Positions 10,401 through 19,935 of a DNA stretch of 64,000 bases are shown one piece after another. The position numbers were made by a program, and so were the translations under genes. Origin of the DNA: an uncultured virus (IMG/VR IMGVR_UViG_3300042317_001647) (taxonomy: Duplodnaviria; Heunggongvirae; Uroviricota; Caudoviricetes); IMG/VR virus record IMGVR_UViG_3300042317_001647, positions 1 through 64,000 of that record; one strand, given 5' to 3'. The first letter of the stretch is position 1; each line of letters begins with the position of its first letter. The notes under the pieces were generated by a model. It was not told the DNA's origin. It saw only the letters and a program-made list of their open reading frames with translations, and did not search any database.

Positions 10401-13309
10401 ATATTGGCAGTAGTACTGGTACTACTACAACTAATATATATGGCTCAACTGCAATTTGGGGTGCTACAAGTAGAGTTGGTATCGGCACTGATAGTGGTGG
10501 TAGTATTACATTAGGTAGATTAGATAATACTGCTTCATCTCCTTATCTTGATTTCAATAGTGGTGCTACAACAGTAGGTTATGATACAAGAATTATGGCC
10601 ACTTCCGGTAATGGGACTGCTGGCAATGGTACTTTATCTATCTATACAGGCACATTAGGAATTGGAACAATAGGTTCAACTATAGCTGGTGCAGTTCATA
10701 TTAGACGTGATGTTGATGGAGTGACTAACACAATAATCCAAAATAGAAATGGAACTGGCACACCATTATCTGCATTAACTTTTATTACCGGATCGGTTGA
10801 TTATAGTGATAATAGATATGCACAAATAGTTTCAGGTGGTAATACATCGAATTATCTAGCATTTTTAACTAGTAATGGTGCGGCACCCACTGAAAAATTA
10901 AGAATTGATGCTTCTGGTAATGTATTAATTGGCTCTACCACCAATGTCAACAGTTCAAAATTATTAGTAAATGGGACTATTGAAACTACTACCGGTGTAA
11001 GATTCCCAGATGGGGTGACACAAGCAGTTGGTATACCATCGGTTTCTGGCCAAAATGGAAAATATTTATCGACAAATGGATCTACCGTATCTTGGGCGGC
11101 TGGTGTTGGTGGTGCAACTGGAGTTCAAGGTGCAAGTGGTGTAATTGGGTATACAGGTGCAACAGGTGTTCAAGGAATTCAAGGTGCAAGTGGTGTAATT
11201 GGGTATACCGGTGCTACTGGACCTGCTGGAACTAATGGAACTAATGGTGCCACTGGACCTGCTGGAACTAATGGAACTAATGGAACTAATGGTGCCACTG
11301 GACCGACTAGCGGAACGGCTACCTATATTGCTTCAGTGGATAGTGTTAACAGAAATGCTGCTGAAAAATTACCAACTACTACCCCACAAGCAGTAAGATT
11401 TGATTTTGCTAATGCAAGTACAACTGGTACTAGTGGAAATTATGCAGGTGTTATGACATACGCTCCATGGACTGGTACAACTGCTAGTACAGGTGATGCG
11501 TCATATCAATTAGCATTTGGTTCAACGGCAACAAATGGCACTGGATATCCGTGGCTTAATATTAGAAAAGGTATTGATTCAACGTGGAATTCTTGGTATT
11601 CAATACCATTATATGGTGCGAATGGCGGTGGTTCTACTGGGAATTTATATGCTGGGGTTTTTTATGATGGAAGTAATACTTCATATTATGTAGATCCAGC
11701 AAGTAATTCATTATTATATTCTGCCGGATTTTTGGGAGGAAATTCATATTTCATTAATAATGATCCTTCTGGAAATGCTATTAGAATGGTTCCATCTAGT
11801 ACTGGAACTAATAGTATTTTACAATGGGTTAATTATGCACAAAATACGCAATGGACTTCATTATTGGGTTATAATGGATACTTACAAGCATCTACTCAAT
11901 TTAGAGCTCCTAGTTTTTATGATTCTGATAATACTGCATATTATGTAGATCCAGCAAGTACTTCTACTTTAAATATTGTCAGTTTACCAGCTGGTGCACA
12001 AACAATAAACACTACTACTCCAGGAACAGCTTTATATCAATTGAATTTTACCGGTCAATCTACAGCTGACTATGCTCAAGCAATTACATGGGGGTGGTCA
12101 TCATCTGGGGCACAAGCCGGTATTTATGTACAATCATCTGGATCTTATGGCACCAAAATATACATTGCTACAACAGATTCGTTTGCAACAGGATCAAAGA
12201 CTGCTTTATCAATCGATCATACTGGAGTTGTACAGACCACTAGAAACTATCTAACTGCAACTAGCTCTTTGCGAGCACCGATATTTTATGATTCTGATGA
12301 CACATATTATTATTGCGACCCATCTAGTTGGTCTAGATTTAATATAATATATCCAAATGGATGGGCTAGATCAGGCACTTCCAGTAATTTAAATACTGAC
12401 TTCAATAATACACCTGCAGGGAGTATGAGACATGCCGGTGATGATGCATCTGTTACTAATAGCCCAGGTGGTACTTGGTGGTTTTACGACCATTATAGAC
12501 ATTCCAATACGAGTAACTACTGGGGTACTCAAATCGCATGGGGTTGGGAAGATAACTCAAATAGATTGTGCCAGCGCAATGTGTCATCCGGTACCTGGTC
12601 ATCATGGGTTGAATATTTAAGCACTGGCGGTAGAACTTATACTGGTTCATTAACAATGACTAGTAGTTTAACTGGAACTATATTTTATGATTATAATAAT
12701 ACTGGATATTATTGCGACCCAAATAGTTCATCGTATCTAAATGTGATTGGTGCGGCTGGTAGGATTTATACTGGGTTCGATTCTGGTGTTTCAAATTCAA
12801 TAAGTTGTTCTGCATGGTTTAGAAGTAATGGAACTACCGGGTGGTTTAATGATTCATATGGTGGTGGTATCTATCAGATAGATACCGTTTGGGTTCGAAT
12901 ATATAATTCAAAAGCGTTATATGTTGCAAATGAAATTGCTGCTACTGGTAATATAACTGCATACTATTCTGATGAAAGATTAAAAACTAATTTAGGAAAT
13001 ATATCCAATTCAATTGATATTATAAAATCATTGAATGGATTTAGATATGTAAATAATGAATTAGCAAAATCAGTTGGGTATTCTAAAGAAGAAATTCAGT
13101 TAGGGGTATCTGCACAAGAAGTGCAACAAGTATTACCAGAAATAGTATCATTAGCGCCATTTGATATGGAAACTTCGGAATTTGATGGAATTATTACATC
13201 AAAATCTGGTGAGAATTATTTAACCGTTGATTATGCAAGATTGGTTCCAGTATTAATAGAAGCAATTAAAGAATTAATTGAAAGAGTTGAAAAATTGGAA
13301 AATAATTAA
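7499..13309 (+). CDS. Long tail fibre protein with C-terminal intramolecular chaperone (peptidase S74-like)
   Basis: Five SAVNY..GSD.N...KGTG repeats, propeller-like DGTKMY repeats, short collagen segment, YY(V/C)DP repeats, YSDERLKTN autocleavage motif and terminal coiled coil. Confidence 0.85.
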   Translation: MSYNDRNIVITPNIGSSTEDPKIVFSGADSSTAAQNITLKAYPTSSGTLSFEGSAGQLFSITNSLSGTIFAVNDVSGIPSIEVLDTGTIKFAQYSGNVGIGTSSPAYKLDVSGTANASAVITPSVTAPSTDLTLSAVSTGITKLAVANGVVFTATDHPYSTGGSIVNYPRAFGSQTGYTVGMMAQGIDTNVGLVLSSKGNLPVEFWTNTVGNKQFQVSHTASTVNYAQATGAATGSGPTLSAQGSDTNIDFNIATKGTGILSFYTRAALQTIVSGQSSAVNYLQLNGQTTGNYPAINVAGSDANVGLDLITKGTGPVRLRTGSSSGIQFLVANVDSAVNYIQANGASTTNWPTLLATGSDTNVTFNFVTKGTGVHNFGTGGAGSNSQLRVSHTTSAVNYVNVTGAATGSGPTISAQGSDSNIDFNIAAKGTGSVKIKTGSSSNTQVQFDDATTTGQYTLFSRDNSNNIQKLGAMGSANFGLYATGGGSVRFYTSSNVSDEQFRISHTTSAVNYVQITGSATGNSPVLSAQGSDTNINILLTPKGTGNVGIGTTSPSVKLEVDGNFKISNTQEILTKTSGVEGWGYVNSISITGQETNALGLSMSTDGTKMYIIGSTNDTVYQYTLSTAFDVSTAVYSGLSFSVTTTAGTPHSLFFKPDGTAFYIVNDSTTDTVQQFNLSTAWNISTASYVTSYTFTQDTVPAGLEFSPDGTKMHLIGDTNNTVYQFALSTPWDLTTTATTPTYTFSVATQETAPNGIEFNSDGTKMYIVGLVADAILQYNLSTPWNITTAVYDSRLIAAAGGVNIGNISDIYIDISNNIALLIDNSADRVYQFTTNTNALKVIGNHVIVDPKTIFNNELIGRGNAYFYNPVALQSSLSVAAGASFISTLTASNTISLVGATTTTTSLGTAASTGTLTLGGTGQTGLIQIGQSTATHTLNIDTGATISGATKNIAIGTGGVSGSTTGINIGSSTGTTTTNIYGSTAIWGATSRVGIGTDSGGSITLGRLDNTASSPYLDFNSGATTVGYDTRIMATSGNGTAGNGTLSIYTGTLGIGTIGSTIAGAVHIRRDVDGVTNTIIQNRNGTGTPLSALTFITGSVDYSDNRYAQIVSGGNTSNYLAFLTSNGAAPTEKLRIDASGNVLIGSTTNVNSSKLLVNGTIETTTGVRFPDGVTQAVGIPSVSGQNGKYLSTNGSTVSWAAGVGGATGVQGASGVIGYTGATGVQGIQGASGVIGYTGATGPAGTNGTNGATGPAGTNGTNGTNGATGPTSGTATYIASVDSVNRNAAEKLPTTTPQAVRFDFANASTTGTSGNYAGVMTYAPWTGTTASTGDASYQLAFGSTATNGTGYPWLNIRKGIDSTWNSWYSIPLYGANGGGSTGNLYAGVFYDGSNTSYYVDPASNSLLYSAGFLGGNSYFINNDPSGNAIRMVPSSTGTNSILQWVNYAQNTQWTSLLGYNGYLQASTQFRAPSFYDSDNTAYYVDPASTSTLNIVSLPAGAQTINTTTPGTALYQLNFTGQSTADYAQAITWGWSSSGAQAGIYVQSSGSYGTKIYIATTDSFATGSKTALSIDHTGVVQTTRNYLTATSSLRAPIFYDSDDTYYYCDPSSWSRFNIIYPNGWARSGTSSNLNTDFNNTPAGSMRHAGDDASVTNSPGGTWWFYDHYRHSNTSNYWGTQIAWGWEDNSNRLCQRNVSSGTWSSWVEYLSTGGRTYTGSLTMTSSLTGTIFYDYNNTGYYCDPNSSSYLNVIGAAGRIYTGFDSGVSNSISCSAWFRSNGTTGWFNDSYGGGIYQIDTVWVRIYNSKALYVANEIAATGNITAYYSDERLKTNLGNISNSIDIIKSLNGFRYVNNELAKSVGYSKEEIQLGVSAQEVQQVLPEIVSLAPFDMETSEFDGIITSKSGENYLTVDYARLVPVLIEAIKELIERVEKLENN

Positions 13310-13396
13310 AACCTAATACCCAACAGCCTAGTTACTTTGGAATTAGGCTGTTAGCTTATTGGATAAATACCATAACAAACAATTATAGGAATTATT

Positions 13397-13717
13397 ATGA
13401 CAGATCTAACTAATATTCAATCTTTCACAGGTGAAATCATTTTATCAGAAAATATCTCATCTAGTGAATTTTTGATTACTGCAATTCATGAAGATATCAA
13501 AGAAAAAACAATCAAAGTTGAAGTAGAAATGGGACCATTCCAAATAGAAGAAATGCCAGATGGAACTACAACTAACCGTGGTATTTCACAACGCATGTTA
13601 GTAGTTTGGGAGGGTTCTTCATATGACGCTATTAAAAATACCTGGGATAACGTTGCATTAAATGCAAAGGTTTCAGAATTATTAGCAGAACAAGCACGGG
13701 CTCAGATTGCTAAATAA
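13397..13717 (+). CDS. Hypothetical protein (possible fibre-associated)
   Basis: ORF with AGGA SD, preceded by a TAAATA motif. Confidence 0.6.
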   Translation: MTDLTNIQSFTGEIILSENISSSEFLITAIHEDIKEKTIKVEVEMGPFQIEEMPDGTTTNRGISQRMLVVWEGSSYDAIKNTWDNVALNAKVSELLAEQARAQIAK

Positions 13718-13735
13718 TAGTTATCAGGATATCAA

Positions 13736-14143
13736 ATGAAAATACGAGAAATACTAACCGAAAGTCTATCACACAATCAAGCAGAAAAACTACTTAAAGA
13801 ATTTTTAAGTTTTTTAAAAACTGATTTAGAATTAGACGAACTACCAACTATTCATTTAATAAAAAATAGTGATTATAGTGTAAAAAATAGTTCATTCGGT
13901 GGATATAGACCAGCAGACAAAAGTATCAACGTTATGATATCCAATCGTCACATACAAGATGTCATGAGAACTCTCACACATGAACTAATCCACTATATAC
14001 AAGACCTTAAAGGTGAGCTAACTAATGACAGTGGCAAAGACGGTAGCCCACAGGAAAATGAAGCAAATTCTCGGGCAGCTGTATCCATGCGTAGATGGGG
14101 CAAATTACATCCAGAATTTTTTGGCTTTGAATCAATAGAATAG
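13736..14143 (+). CDS. Putative zinc metallopeptidase-like protein
   Basis: RTLTHELIHYIQ (HExxH) and downstream ENEAN. Confidence 0.6.
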   Translation: MKIREILTESLSHNQAEKLLKEFLSFLKTDLELDELPTIHLIKNSDYSVKNSSFGGYRPADKSINVMISNRHIQDVMRTLTHELIHYIQDLKGELTNDSGKDGSPQENEANSRAAVSMRRWGKLHPEFFGFESIE

Positions 14144-14144
14144 A

Positions 14145-14168
14145 AAAGGGCTCTCGAGAGCCCTTTTC
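14145..14168. terminator. Bidirectional intrinsic terminator
   Basis: AAAAGGGCTC-TCGA-GAGCCCTTTT between convergent genes. Confidence 0.8.
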
Positions 14169-14172
14169 AACA

Positions 14173-14397
14173 TCATTTCTTGCCCACAAACTCATTCATT
14201 CGATTGGCAATTTCAAGAATTTTATCTATAGATGGGAATTCTGGCTTGTGTTCCATTCCTTGTTGCTGAATTTCCCAATACTTAAATTCAGCATCAAATT
14301 CCTTAATAGCCAATTCTTTGGCCATCATTAAAATATCAGATCTAATATCGTAGCCAGTTTTACCAGCTTGTGGAAGTTTGTTTGTGATTGTTGACAT
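14173..14397 (-). CDS. Hypothetical protein with its own sigma70 promoter
   Basis: GGAG SD; TTGACT-16-TATAAT on the minus strand at 14461-14434. Confidence 0.7.
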   Translation of the reverse strand: MSTITNKLPQAGKTGYDIRSDILMMAKELAIKEFDAEFKYWEIQQQGMEHKPEFPSIDKILEIANRMNEFVGKK

Positions 14398-14506
14398 AAG
14401 TTCTCCAGTGTATGTCTGTTATATGAGAAATGAATTATACCACACTTTTGAAAAAAGTCAACCAATTTAACACAATGTCCATAAATACAATATATGGAAA
14501 CAGGTT

Positions 14507-14758
14507 ATGAAAAAATCAACACGTTCAATTCTTGAAGAATTAAGTCAAATTGGCATTAGTAGAGATACAAATTTAGTTATAGAAAGTCGTGGCTCAAACA
14601 TTATTCAAAGTGCTATCAATATACTTGAATTAATTAGAGAAAATTATGATCCAGAAACTGCCATCGATTTAGAGAGGCGTTTTATTAATAGTATAAAATC
14701 TGGTGATAATAGCAAATTTAAACGTGGAATTAAAAAATTAAGTAACTCTAACAAGTAA
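14507..14758 (+). CDS. Hypothetical phage protein
   Basis: Clean ORF after a TAAATA motif. Confidence 0.65.
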   Translation: MKKSTRSILEELSQIGISRDTNLVIESRGSNIIQSAINILELIRENYDPETAIDLERRFINSIKSGDNSKFKRGIKKLSNSNK

Positions 14759-14845
14759 CCATTTAAACCACATTTTTTAGCAAAAAGATAAATAATATTA
14801 CAAACCCACGGAGTGGTGGGTGAAAAGCATACAAGGAGAAAGATT

Positions 14846-15295
14846 ATGCCTTCATTATTAAATACAATCGTAGCTGCTAACTACGTAAAAACTAGCCCAA
14901 GCACACAATTCGGTACACGTAAATTACGTACTATTTCTGTAACTATTACCAACAGTGGCAGCAATGACAAAGATTTGACAAAACAATCTGGTGCAACTGG
15001 TGCTTATACCGATTCTAATAGTTATTATTCAGCTGCAGTACGTGCATTACAATTAAATGCCGAAATCTATGCAATTTATGCGCCTAGCTCAACTGCATTC
15101 GTTGCATTGATTGCTGATAATACTGCAAATGATTCAGATGTCAATACAAATGAAGTAACTGTTCCTCCAACATGGGGTGATGCAGAAGCTGCAATCTTGG
15201 CAGCTATCAAAGGTGTTGACAGTGCAGACAAATACGACGGCGCTGTTGCTATCACCGAAGGTGTTTGGACTGGTGCTTCTATTGCTTTCTCTTAA
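14846..15295 (+). CDS. Putative virion structural protein
   Basis: AAGGAG SD before ATG 14846, TAAATA upstream, terminator downstream, Ala/Thr/Ser-rich. Confidence 0.55.
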   Translation: MPSLLNTIVAANYVKTSPSTQFGTRKLRTISVTITNSGSNDKDLTKQSGATGAYTDSNSYYSAAVRALQLNAEIYAIYAPSSTAFVALIADNTANDSDVNTNEVTVPPTWGDAEAAILAAIKGVDSADKYDGAVAITEGVWTGASIAFS

Positions 15296-15321
15296 GCAAT
15301 AACTTTCACTTTAGTACATAT

Positions 15322-15349
15322 AAAGCCCACAAATTTGTGGGCTTTTTTT
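15322..15349 (+). terminator. Intrinsic terminator
   Basis: AAGCCCACA-AATT-TGTGGGCTTTTTTT. Confidence 0.8.
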
Positions 15350-15367
15350 ATGCATGGTAAATACAAC

Positions 15368-15772
15368 ATGAATTATAAATTATATACTCTTGTAGACATT
15401 ACACATACCGGTCAATATCGAGCAGAAATTGGAAAGGAATCAGCCCGATGGAAGGAACAGAATTTTAACACAATTATTCAAACATTAGGTATACGATCCA
15501 ATATTATGTTTTTGAATAGTCCAATAATTACAGAAACTAAAGGAAGATTAGTGGGGTTTGATACTGATGAAATCATCAGAGTATGGCGTTTTGATTTTGA
15601 ATCCGAACGTGATGGCGTATACGAAAAAGATGGTGATCCAATTGGGTTTTTAAAAGATGATTTTGAATTGGTCCCATATATCAATGGGTTGGACGAATTA
15701 CTAGAGCAAAAATATGCAGTATTTGTTACTGATGGACCAGGTAAGAATATTGTTTTCAGTAAAATTCTATAA
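15368..15772 (+). CDS. Hypothetical phage protein
   Basis: Start moved to ATG 15368, downstream of the terminator and 4 nt after TAAATA. Confidence 0.6.
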   Translation: MNYKLYTLVDITHTGQYRAEIGKESARWKEQNFNTIIQTLGIRSNIMFLNSPIITETKGRLVGFDTDEIIRVWRFDFESERDGVYEKDGDPIGFLKDDFELVPYINGLDELLEQKYAVFVTDGPGKNIVFSKIL

Positions 15773-15811
15773 ATACACCTATACCCTTGAGCAGGGTCAA
15801 CGGAGAATTCG

Positions 15812-16051
15812 ATGACAACATTAAAACCAACTGATATTGAGAAAGAAAATTTAGAAAGCCACGTAGAATTATGTGCATTAAGATACCAAAATTTAGAATC
15901 ACGTTTGCAAGTAATTGAAACAAAAGTTGAAACCTTATTTGAAAAAATTGAAGAAAGCAAATCAAGTATGAGCAAAGTAATCATTGGGGCTACTGCAACA
16001 ATTATCGCTGGTTTATTATCAACTGTTGTCACCATTATAATGAAATTTTAA
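15812..16051 (+). CDS. Small coiled-coil protein with C-terminal transmembrane helix
   Basis: GGAG SD; heptad pattern followed by VIIGATATIIAGLLSTVVTII. Confidence 0.65.
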   Translation: MTTLKPTDIEKENLESHVELCALRYQNLESRLQVIETKVETLFEKIEESKSSMSKVIIGATATIIAGLLSTVVTIIMKF

Positions 16052-16052
16052 T

Positions 16053-17159
16053 ATGCACATCTCAGAAAAATCAACTCCATCATTCACAATCAATGACATA
16101 TTAAATCCAGTACTATGGAAAGATACAGATTTACGACCAGAAGTACGTCATAAATTACTGATGATTGCGAGAAATTTTTTAGAAACGTTAAAAGTCAAAA
16201 ATTTAAAATTACGAGATATAACCATCAGTGGGTCAAATGCCAGTTTTAATTATTCAAATGTGTCAGATATTGATCTTCACTTAATAGTTGATATTGATAA
16301 TCCAGAATTAGAAGATTACTTCAATTCAAAGAAAAACAATTATAATTTCAAGTATGATTTAAAAATTAAAAGTATCCCAGTTGAAGTATATGTACAGGAT
16401 AGTAAACAACATCACTATTCTGCTGGCATTTATAGCATTTTGGATAATAAATGGTTAGTTAAACCTTCCAGAGAAGAACCAAATGCAAGTCCACAAGAAA
16501 TTAAAAATAAAGCACGTAACTATTCTTCCAGAATTATCAAAGTATTAAAATCGAATGATATCGCATCTGCACAAGATACATTAGATGACATACGTAGATT
16601 ACGTAAAGCTGGGCTTGAGCAAGGCGGTGAACAATCAGTTGAAAATTTAGCATATAAATTGCTTCGTTCGCGTGGGCAATTAGATAAATTATTCAAACAT
16701 ATAGACAAATTACAAAGTGCTGAACTCAGCCTTGGAGAACAAATGAAAATCAAAGATATTCTAGGCGAAGATAACGCCATCACAGTCAAAGGAATCAGTG
16801 GCGATAAAGCTGAATTATCAAACGGCCAACAAATAGATGCTAAAACCTTAACACCCGACCAAGAACATCCCGGACAGCTTAAAGCACCATCAATGGACCC
16901 AGCATCAATTAAACCAGGCTCTGTTGTAACTATGGGAGATCAAACTACATCGGAATCGATGGAGGATGAACTTAACAAAGATTTAATTAAAAAAGGCAGA
17001 CACAATCGTAAAGTTGGTGGTGATAAAGGTGATGATTTTATTACAGATATCACTGATAAAGAGTTTGAAAGAAGTGCTAGATCAGCAATGAGTAATAATA
17101 AAAAACTGGCTGAATCTGATCTATTATATAAAATGTTAACTATTGCCGGAATTAAATAA
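16053..17159 (+). CDS. Nucleotidyltransferase-fold protein with C-terminal extension
   Basis: GSNASFNYSNVSDIDLH (GS...DxD) and VEVYVQD third acidic motif. Confidence 0.65.
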   Translation: MHISEKSTPSFTINDILNPVLWKDTDLRPEVRHKLLMIARNFLETLKVKNLKLRDITISGSNASFNYSNVSDIDLHLIVDIDNPELEDYFNSKKNNYNFKYDLKIKSIPVEVYVQDSKQHHYSAGIYSILDNKWLVKPSREEPNASPQEIKNKARNYSSRIIKVLKSNDIASAQDTLDDIRRLRKAGLEQGGEQSVENLAYKLLRSRGQLDKLFKHIDKLQSAELSLGEQMKIKDILGEDNAITVKGISGDKAELSNGQQIDAKTLTPDQEHPGQLKAPSMDPASIKPGSVVTMGDQTTSESMEDELNKDLIKKGRHNRKVGGDKGDDFITDITDKEFERSARSAMSNNKKLAESDLLYKMLTIAGIK

Positions 17160-17160
17160 T

Positions 17161-17376
17161 ATGCGAATTTGTGATTTAATTAATCCAATTGATATTTGGA
17201 TAACAAATGAAGAAGCTGATATTTTAAAAAAAATTAAATCACCCAGATTATTATCTTCATTCAATAGTCACGATAGAGTAAAATTGGAATATATGATAAG
17301 AAAAAATCTAGTAATAAAAAGAGGATTTGAAAATCCAGTTGTTATAGCCAATGAAGAAATCAACAAATACAATTAA
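17161..17376 (+). CDS. Hypothetical protein
   Basis: ATG directly after the upstream stop codon. Confidence 0.55.
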   Translation: MRICDLINPIDIWITNEEADILKKIKSPRLLSSFNSHDRVKLEYMIRKNLVIKRGFENPVVIANEEINKYN

Positions 17377-17788
17377 AGATTTAGCATCCTATTTTGATGC
17401 AGAATTACAACAAAAATTGCCAATAAATATACTCCCAAATGGGTCATTGTTATATAAAAACTTTTTGGTTAGACAATTACCCAATCAAAATTGGGGAGTT
17501 TACAATACCAGCAATAAAGATTTGATTAATCAATATCATTTGAAAAGCTGTGCATTGATGGCTGCTAATGCATATCATCATAGATTTTTCAGCAAATGTT
17601 CTGAAATTAAAGAGTTAGATAATAGTTATTGGTCCAACTATACTGATTTTATGATCTCAAAGAATTACATAAAATCATCAAATAATGAACAATACCCAAT
17701 ACTACTAACCAAACTAGAAGAATGTGATTATAGAGCATCGCTTTACAAAAACAGAATTTCTAAACTATTTAAGAATACTTTTGTATAA
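17351..17788 (+). CDS. Hypothetical protein
   Basis: ORF in operon context. Confidence 0.6.
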   Translation: MKKSTNTIKDLASYFDAELQQKLPINILPNGSLLYKNFLVRQLPNQNWGVYNTSNKDLINQYHLKSCALMAANAYHHRFFSKCSEIKELDNSYWSNYTDFMISKNYIKSSNNEQYPILLTKLEECDYRASLYKNRISKLFKNTFV

Positions 17789-17802
17789 ATACATTATAAA
17801 AT

Positions 17803-18762
17803 ATGTTTAAGGAACCTAACATGCAAATTAAAGATTTATCACAACCGGTAACCAGCAAAAAACTTAACGAAAGTTTAAGTAAAACATTTGGTTATAAATT
17901 AAAATTAGAGCAGTTTAGTGACGTGCAATTAGAAGACGCACGTAATAAATTAAGAACTGATATCAGTCAATTTGAATTATCAGAAAGCTATGATTCTATT
18001 TTAGAAAATGAATCATATCAAAAAACAAAAGCGTTATTGGATGTTATCAACCAAGAAATCTTTGAAAGATCAGAATCGGTTGAAGAACCAGTTGAAACAA
18101 GACAAGTGAGTGAACAAGCTATGTATACAGCAATCCGCCATAGAGCACAAAACATGTCAGTTCCAGAAAGTTGGATCAACAATGCTATCAAACGTATGAA
18201 ATTGGGTGAATCAGATAGAGAAGAATTATCGGCTGAATTATCATTACGCTATGATCTTAATGAAGCACAAGCTAGTTGGGTTTTATTAGAAGGCGAAGAA
18301 CAAAAAGCTGAAAACATCTTATCAACCAAAGATATGGTTAGTAAAATTACTAACTGGATTGAAGATACAGCTGCCATGAAAGCAGACCAATTATTAGAAT
18401 TGTTAGATGCCATTCGTAGAGAACAAGGCAGTGATGTATCACAACAATTCAGTGAAGTGGTAGGTGGTGCATTAGAAGGCTTATATAGTGCATTGGTGTC
18501 AGCTCGTGAAGGATTATCAAATGGATTGGCTATCGTTTCAGGTGAACAAGCAGAAACCATGGGCGGTGGCACACCGGGGTCAGCGGTGGCTTCAGGGTTA
18601 GGTGAAGAACCACCACAAATCCCAGGTGAAGAAGGCGGATTACCCCCTGCACCAGAAGGTGAAGAATTACCACCACCAGCTGCAGAAGCAGGTAGAATGA
18701 AAAGAGAAAGTGTTGAGTATAGCCGTAAACTAGGGTTATTGTTAAGCTCAAAAAAAAAGTAA
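17803..18762 (+). CDS. Acidic helical late protein (possible prohead core/scaffold); start may be 17821
   Basis: Glu-rich with a Pro/Gly-rich linker; TATAAATA upstream; ends in A-AAA-AAG-TAA. Confidence 0.55.
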   Translation: MFKEPNMQIKDLSQPVTSKKLNESLSKTFGYKLKLEQFSDVQLEDARNKLRTDISQFELSESYDSILENESYQKTKALLDVINQEIFERSESVEEPVETRQVSEQAMYTAIRHRAQNMSVPESWINNAIKRMKLGESDREELSAELSLRYDLNEAQASWVLLEGEEQKAENILSTKDMVSKITNWIEDTAAMKADQLLELLDAIRREQGSDVSQQFSEVVGGALEGLYSALVSAREGLSNGLAIVSGEQAETMGGGTPGSAVASGLGEEPPQIPGEEGGLPPAPEGEELPPPAAEAGRMKRESVEYSRKLGLLLSSKKK

Positions 18763-19127
18763 ATCAACTTCGTGAATCTATTGAGCCGCTAGCAGATTTA
18801 TTTTTGGCGGCTCGTGCAGCATCTGAAAGAACCGGTAAACCAGTTACATTAACATGGGATGCAATGAATAGAGCATTAGAAGATGCCAATACAGGCGCAC
18901 CAAGGATACCTGGGTATGATGAATTTACTAAATTATTGGATAGTACACCAGTTCTGCAAAATATGATTGACAATAAAACCGGCAGAGTAGATGGTGATGG
19001 AGTAGAATTTGACCTAAACAGTACAACAGCCACTACAAATAGCGGAGGTAATCCAGGGCAACCACCAATTGATCCAACACACGGTACGGTTACACAAACT
19101 GCAATGCATGCACTAAAATCAAAATAA
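18759..19127 (+). CDS. Hypothetical protein, probably reached by -1 frameshift from the upstream gene
   Basis: Frame is open from 18729 with no ATG/SD at its 5' end and overlaps the slippery site. Confidence 0.5.
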   Translation, partial: VNQLRESIEPLADLFLAARAASERTGKPVTLTWDAMNRALEDANTGAPRIPGYDEFTKLLDSTPVLQNMIDNKTGRVDGDGVEFDLNSTTATTNSGGNPGQPPIDPTHGTVTQTAMHALKSK

Positions 19128-19130
19128 AAG

Positions 19131-19159
19131 TTGACATTCTTTAATTATTATCATATAAT
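19131..19159 (+). promoter_or_regulatory. sigma70-type early promoter
   Basis: TTGACA-17-TATAAT. Confidence 0.85.
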
Positions 19160-19164
19160 ACTGT

Positions 19165-19878
19165 ATGAAATTATTACAAGAACGATTCAATTATACACAA
19201 ATCAACAGAGAATCCGTCGAAGGCAAACGTCTTTATGTTTGCCCAGACGGATCAAAAGTCCCATCAGTAACTACTATCCTAGATTCAACTAAACCAGTAG
19301 AAAAAGTAGCTGCATTGCAAGCATGGCGAAAGTCTGTTGGTGATAAGAAAGCACAAGAAATAACACTCGAATCTGCTGGAAGGGGTACACGAATGCACAA
19401 GTACCTTGAAGATTTTGTCATGACCGGTCAATTATCAACCCCCGGTACTAATCCGTATAGTAAACAAAGTCATTTAATGGCGTCAACTATCATAAATCAG
19501 GGATTAGTTAATATCAATGAAATCTGGGGAACCGAAGTTGGGTTATACTACCCAGGTCTGTACGCAGGTACAGCAGATGCAGTTGGTGTCCACAAAGATT
19601 CAGAATCAATTTTTGATTACAAACAAACCAACAAACCAAAAAAACTAGAATATATCGAAGATTACTTAATACAATTGGTTTTTTATGGGACTGCTCATAA
19701 TAAAATTCATGGAACTAATATTAAAAAGGGAGTAATCCTAATGTGCGTTAAGCCTGAATTGGTTGGTTCGAATTTAAGTAATCCACAATACCAAGAATTC
19801 ATTATAGAAGGTTCAGAATGGCAGTTATATGAATCAAAAATGTGGGATCGGGTTGATCAATATTTTTCTAATATTTAA
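19165..19878 (+). CDS. PD-(D/E)XK exonuclease
   Basis: PSVTTIL, RGTRMH, E...YAGTADAV...IFDYKQT motifs. Confidence 0.8.
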   Translation: MKLLQERFNYTQINRESVEGKRLYVCPDGSKVPSVTTILDSTKPVEKVAALQAWRKSVGDKKAQEITLESAGRGTRMHKYLEDFVMTGQLSTPGTNPYSKQSHLMASTIINQGLVNINEIWGTEVGLYYPGLYAGTADAVGVHKDSESIFDYKQTNKPKKLEYIEDYLIQLVFYGTAHNKIHGTNIKKGVILMCVKPELVGSNLSNPQYQEFIIEGSEWQLYESKMWDRVDQYFSNI

Positions 19879-19935
19879 ACTCAATACCTTTTAGACACCA
19901 AGTATTGCATAAATAATACTAAAGAGGATTTATTT

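Noticed and set aside
3765..13309. Diversity-generating retroelement acting on fibre genes
   Set aside because: No reverse transcriptase and no adenine-variable template/variable repeat pair noticed
15478..16035. 185-aa minus-strand ORF and other antisense ORFs over dnaK, nrd and tail genes
   Set aside because: They overlap well-supported plus-strand genes and lack SDs or recognisable motifs
19165..19878. Cas4 / CRISPR adaptation gene
   Set aside because: No four-Cys Fe-S pattern and no array; fits an ordinary phage exonuclease
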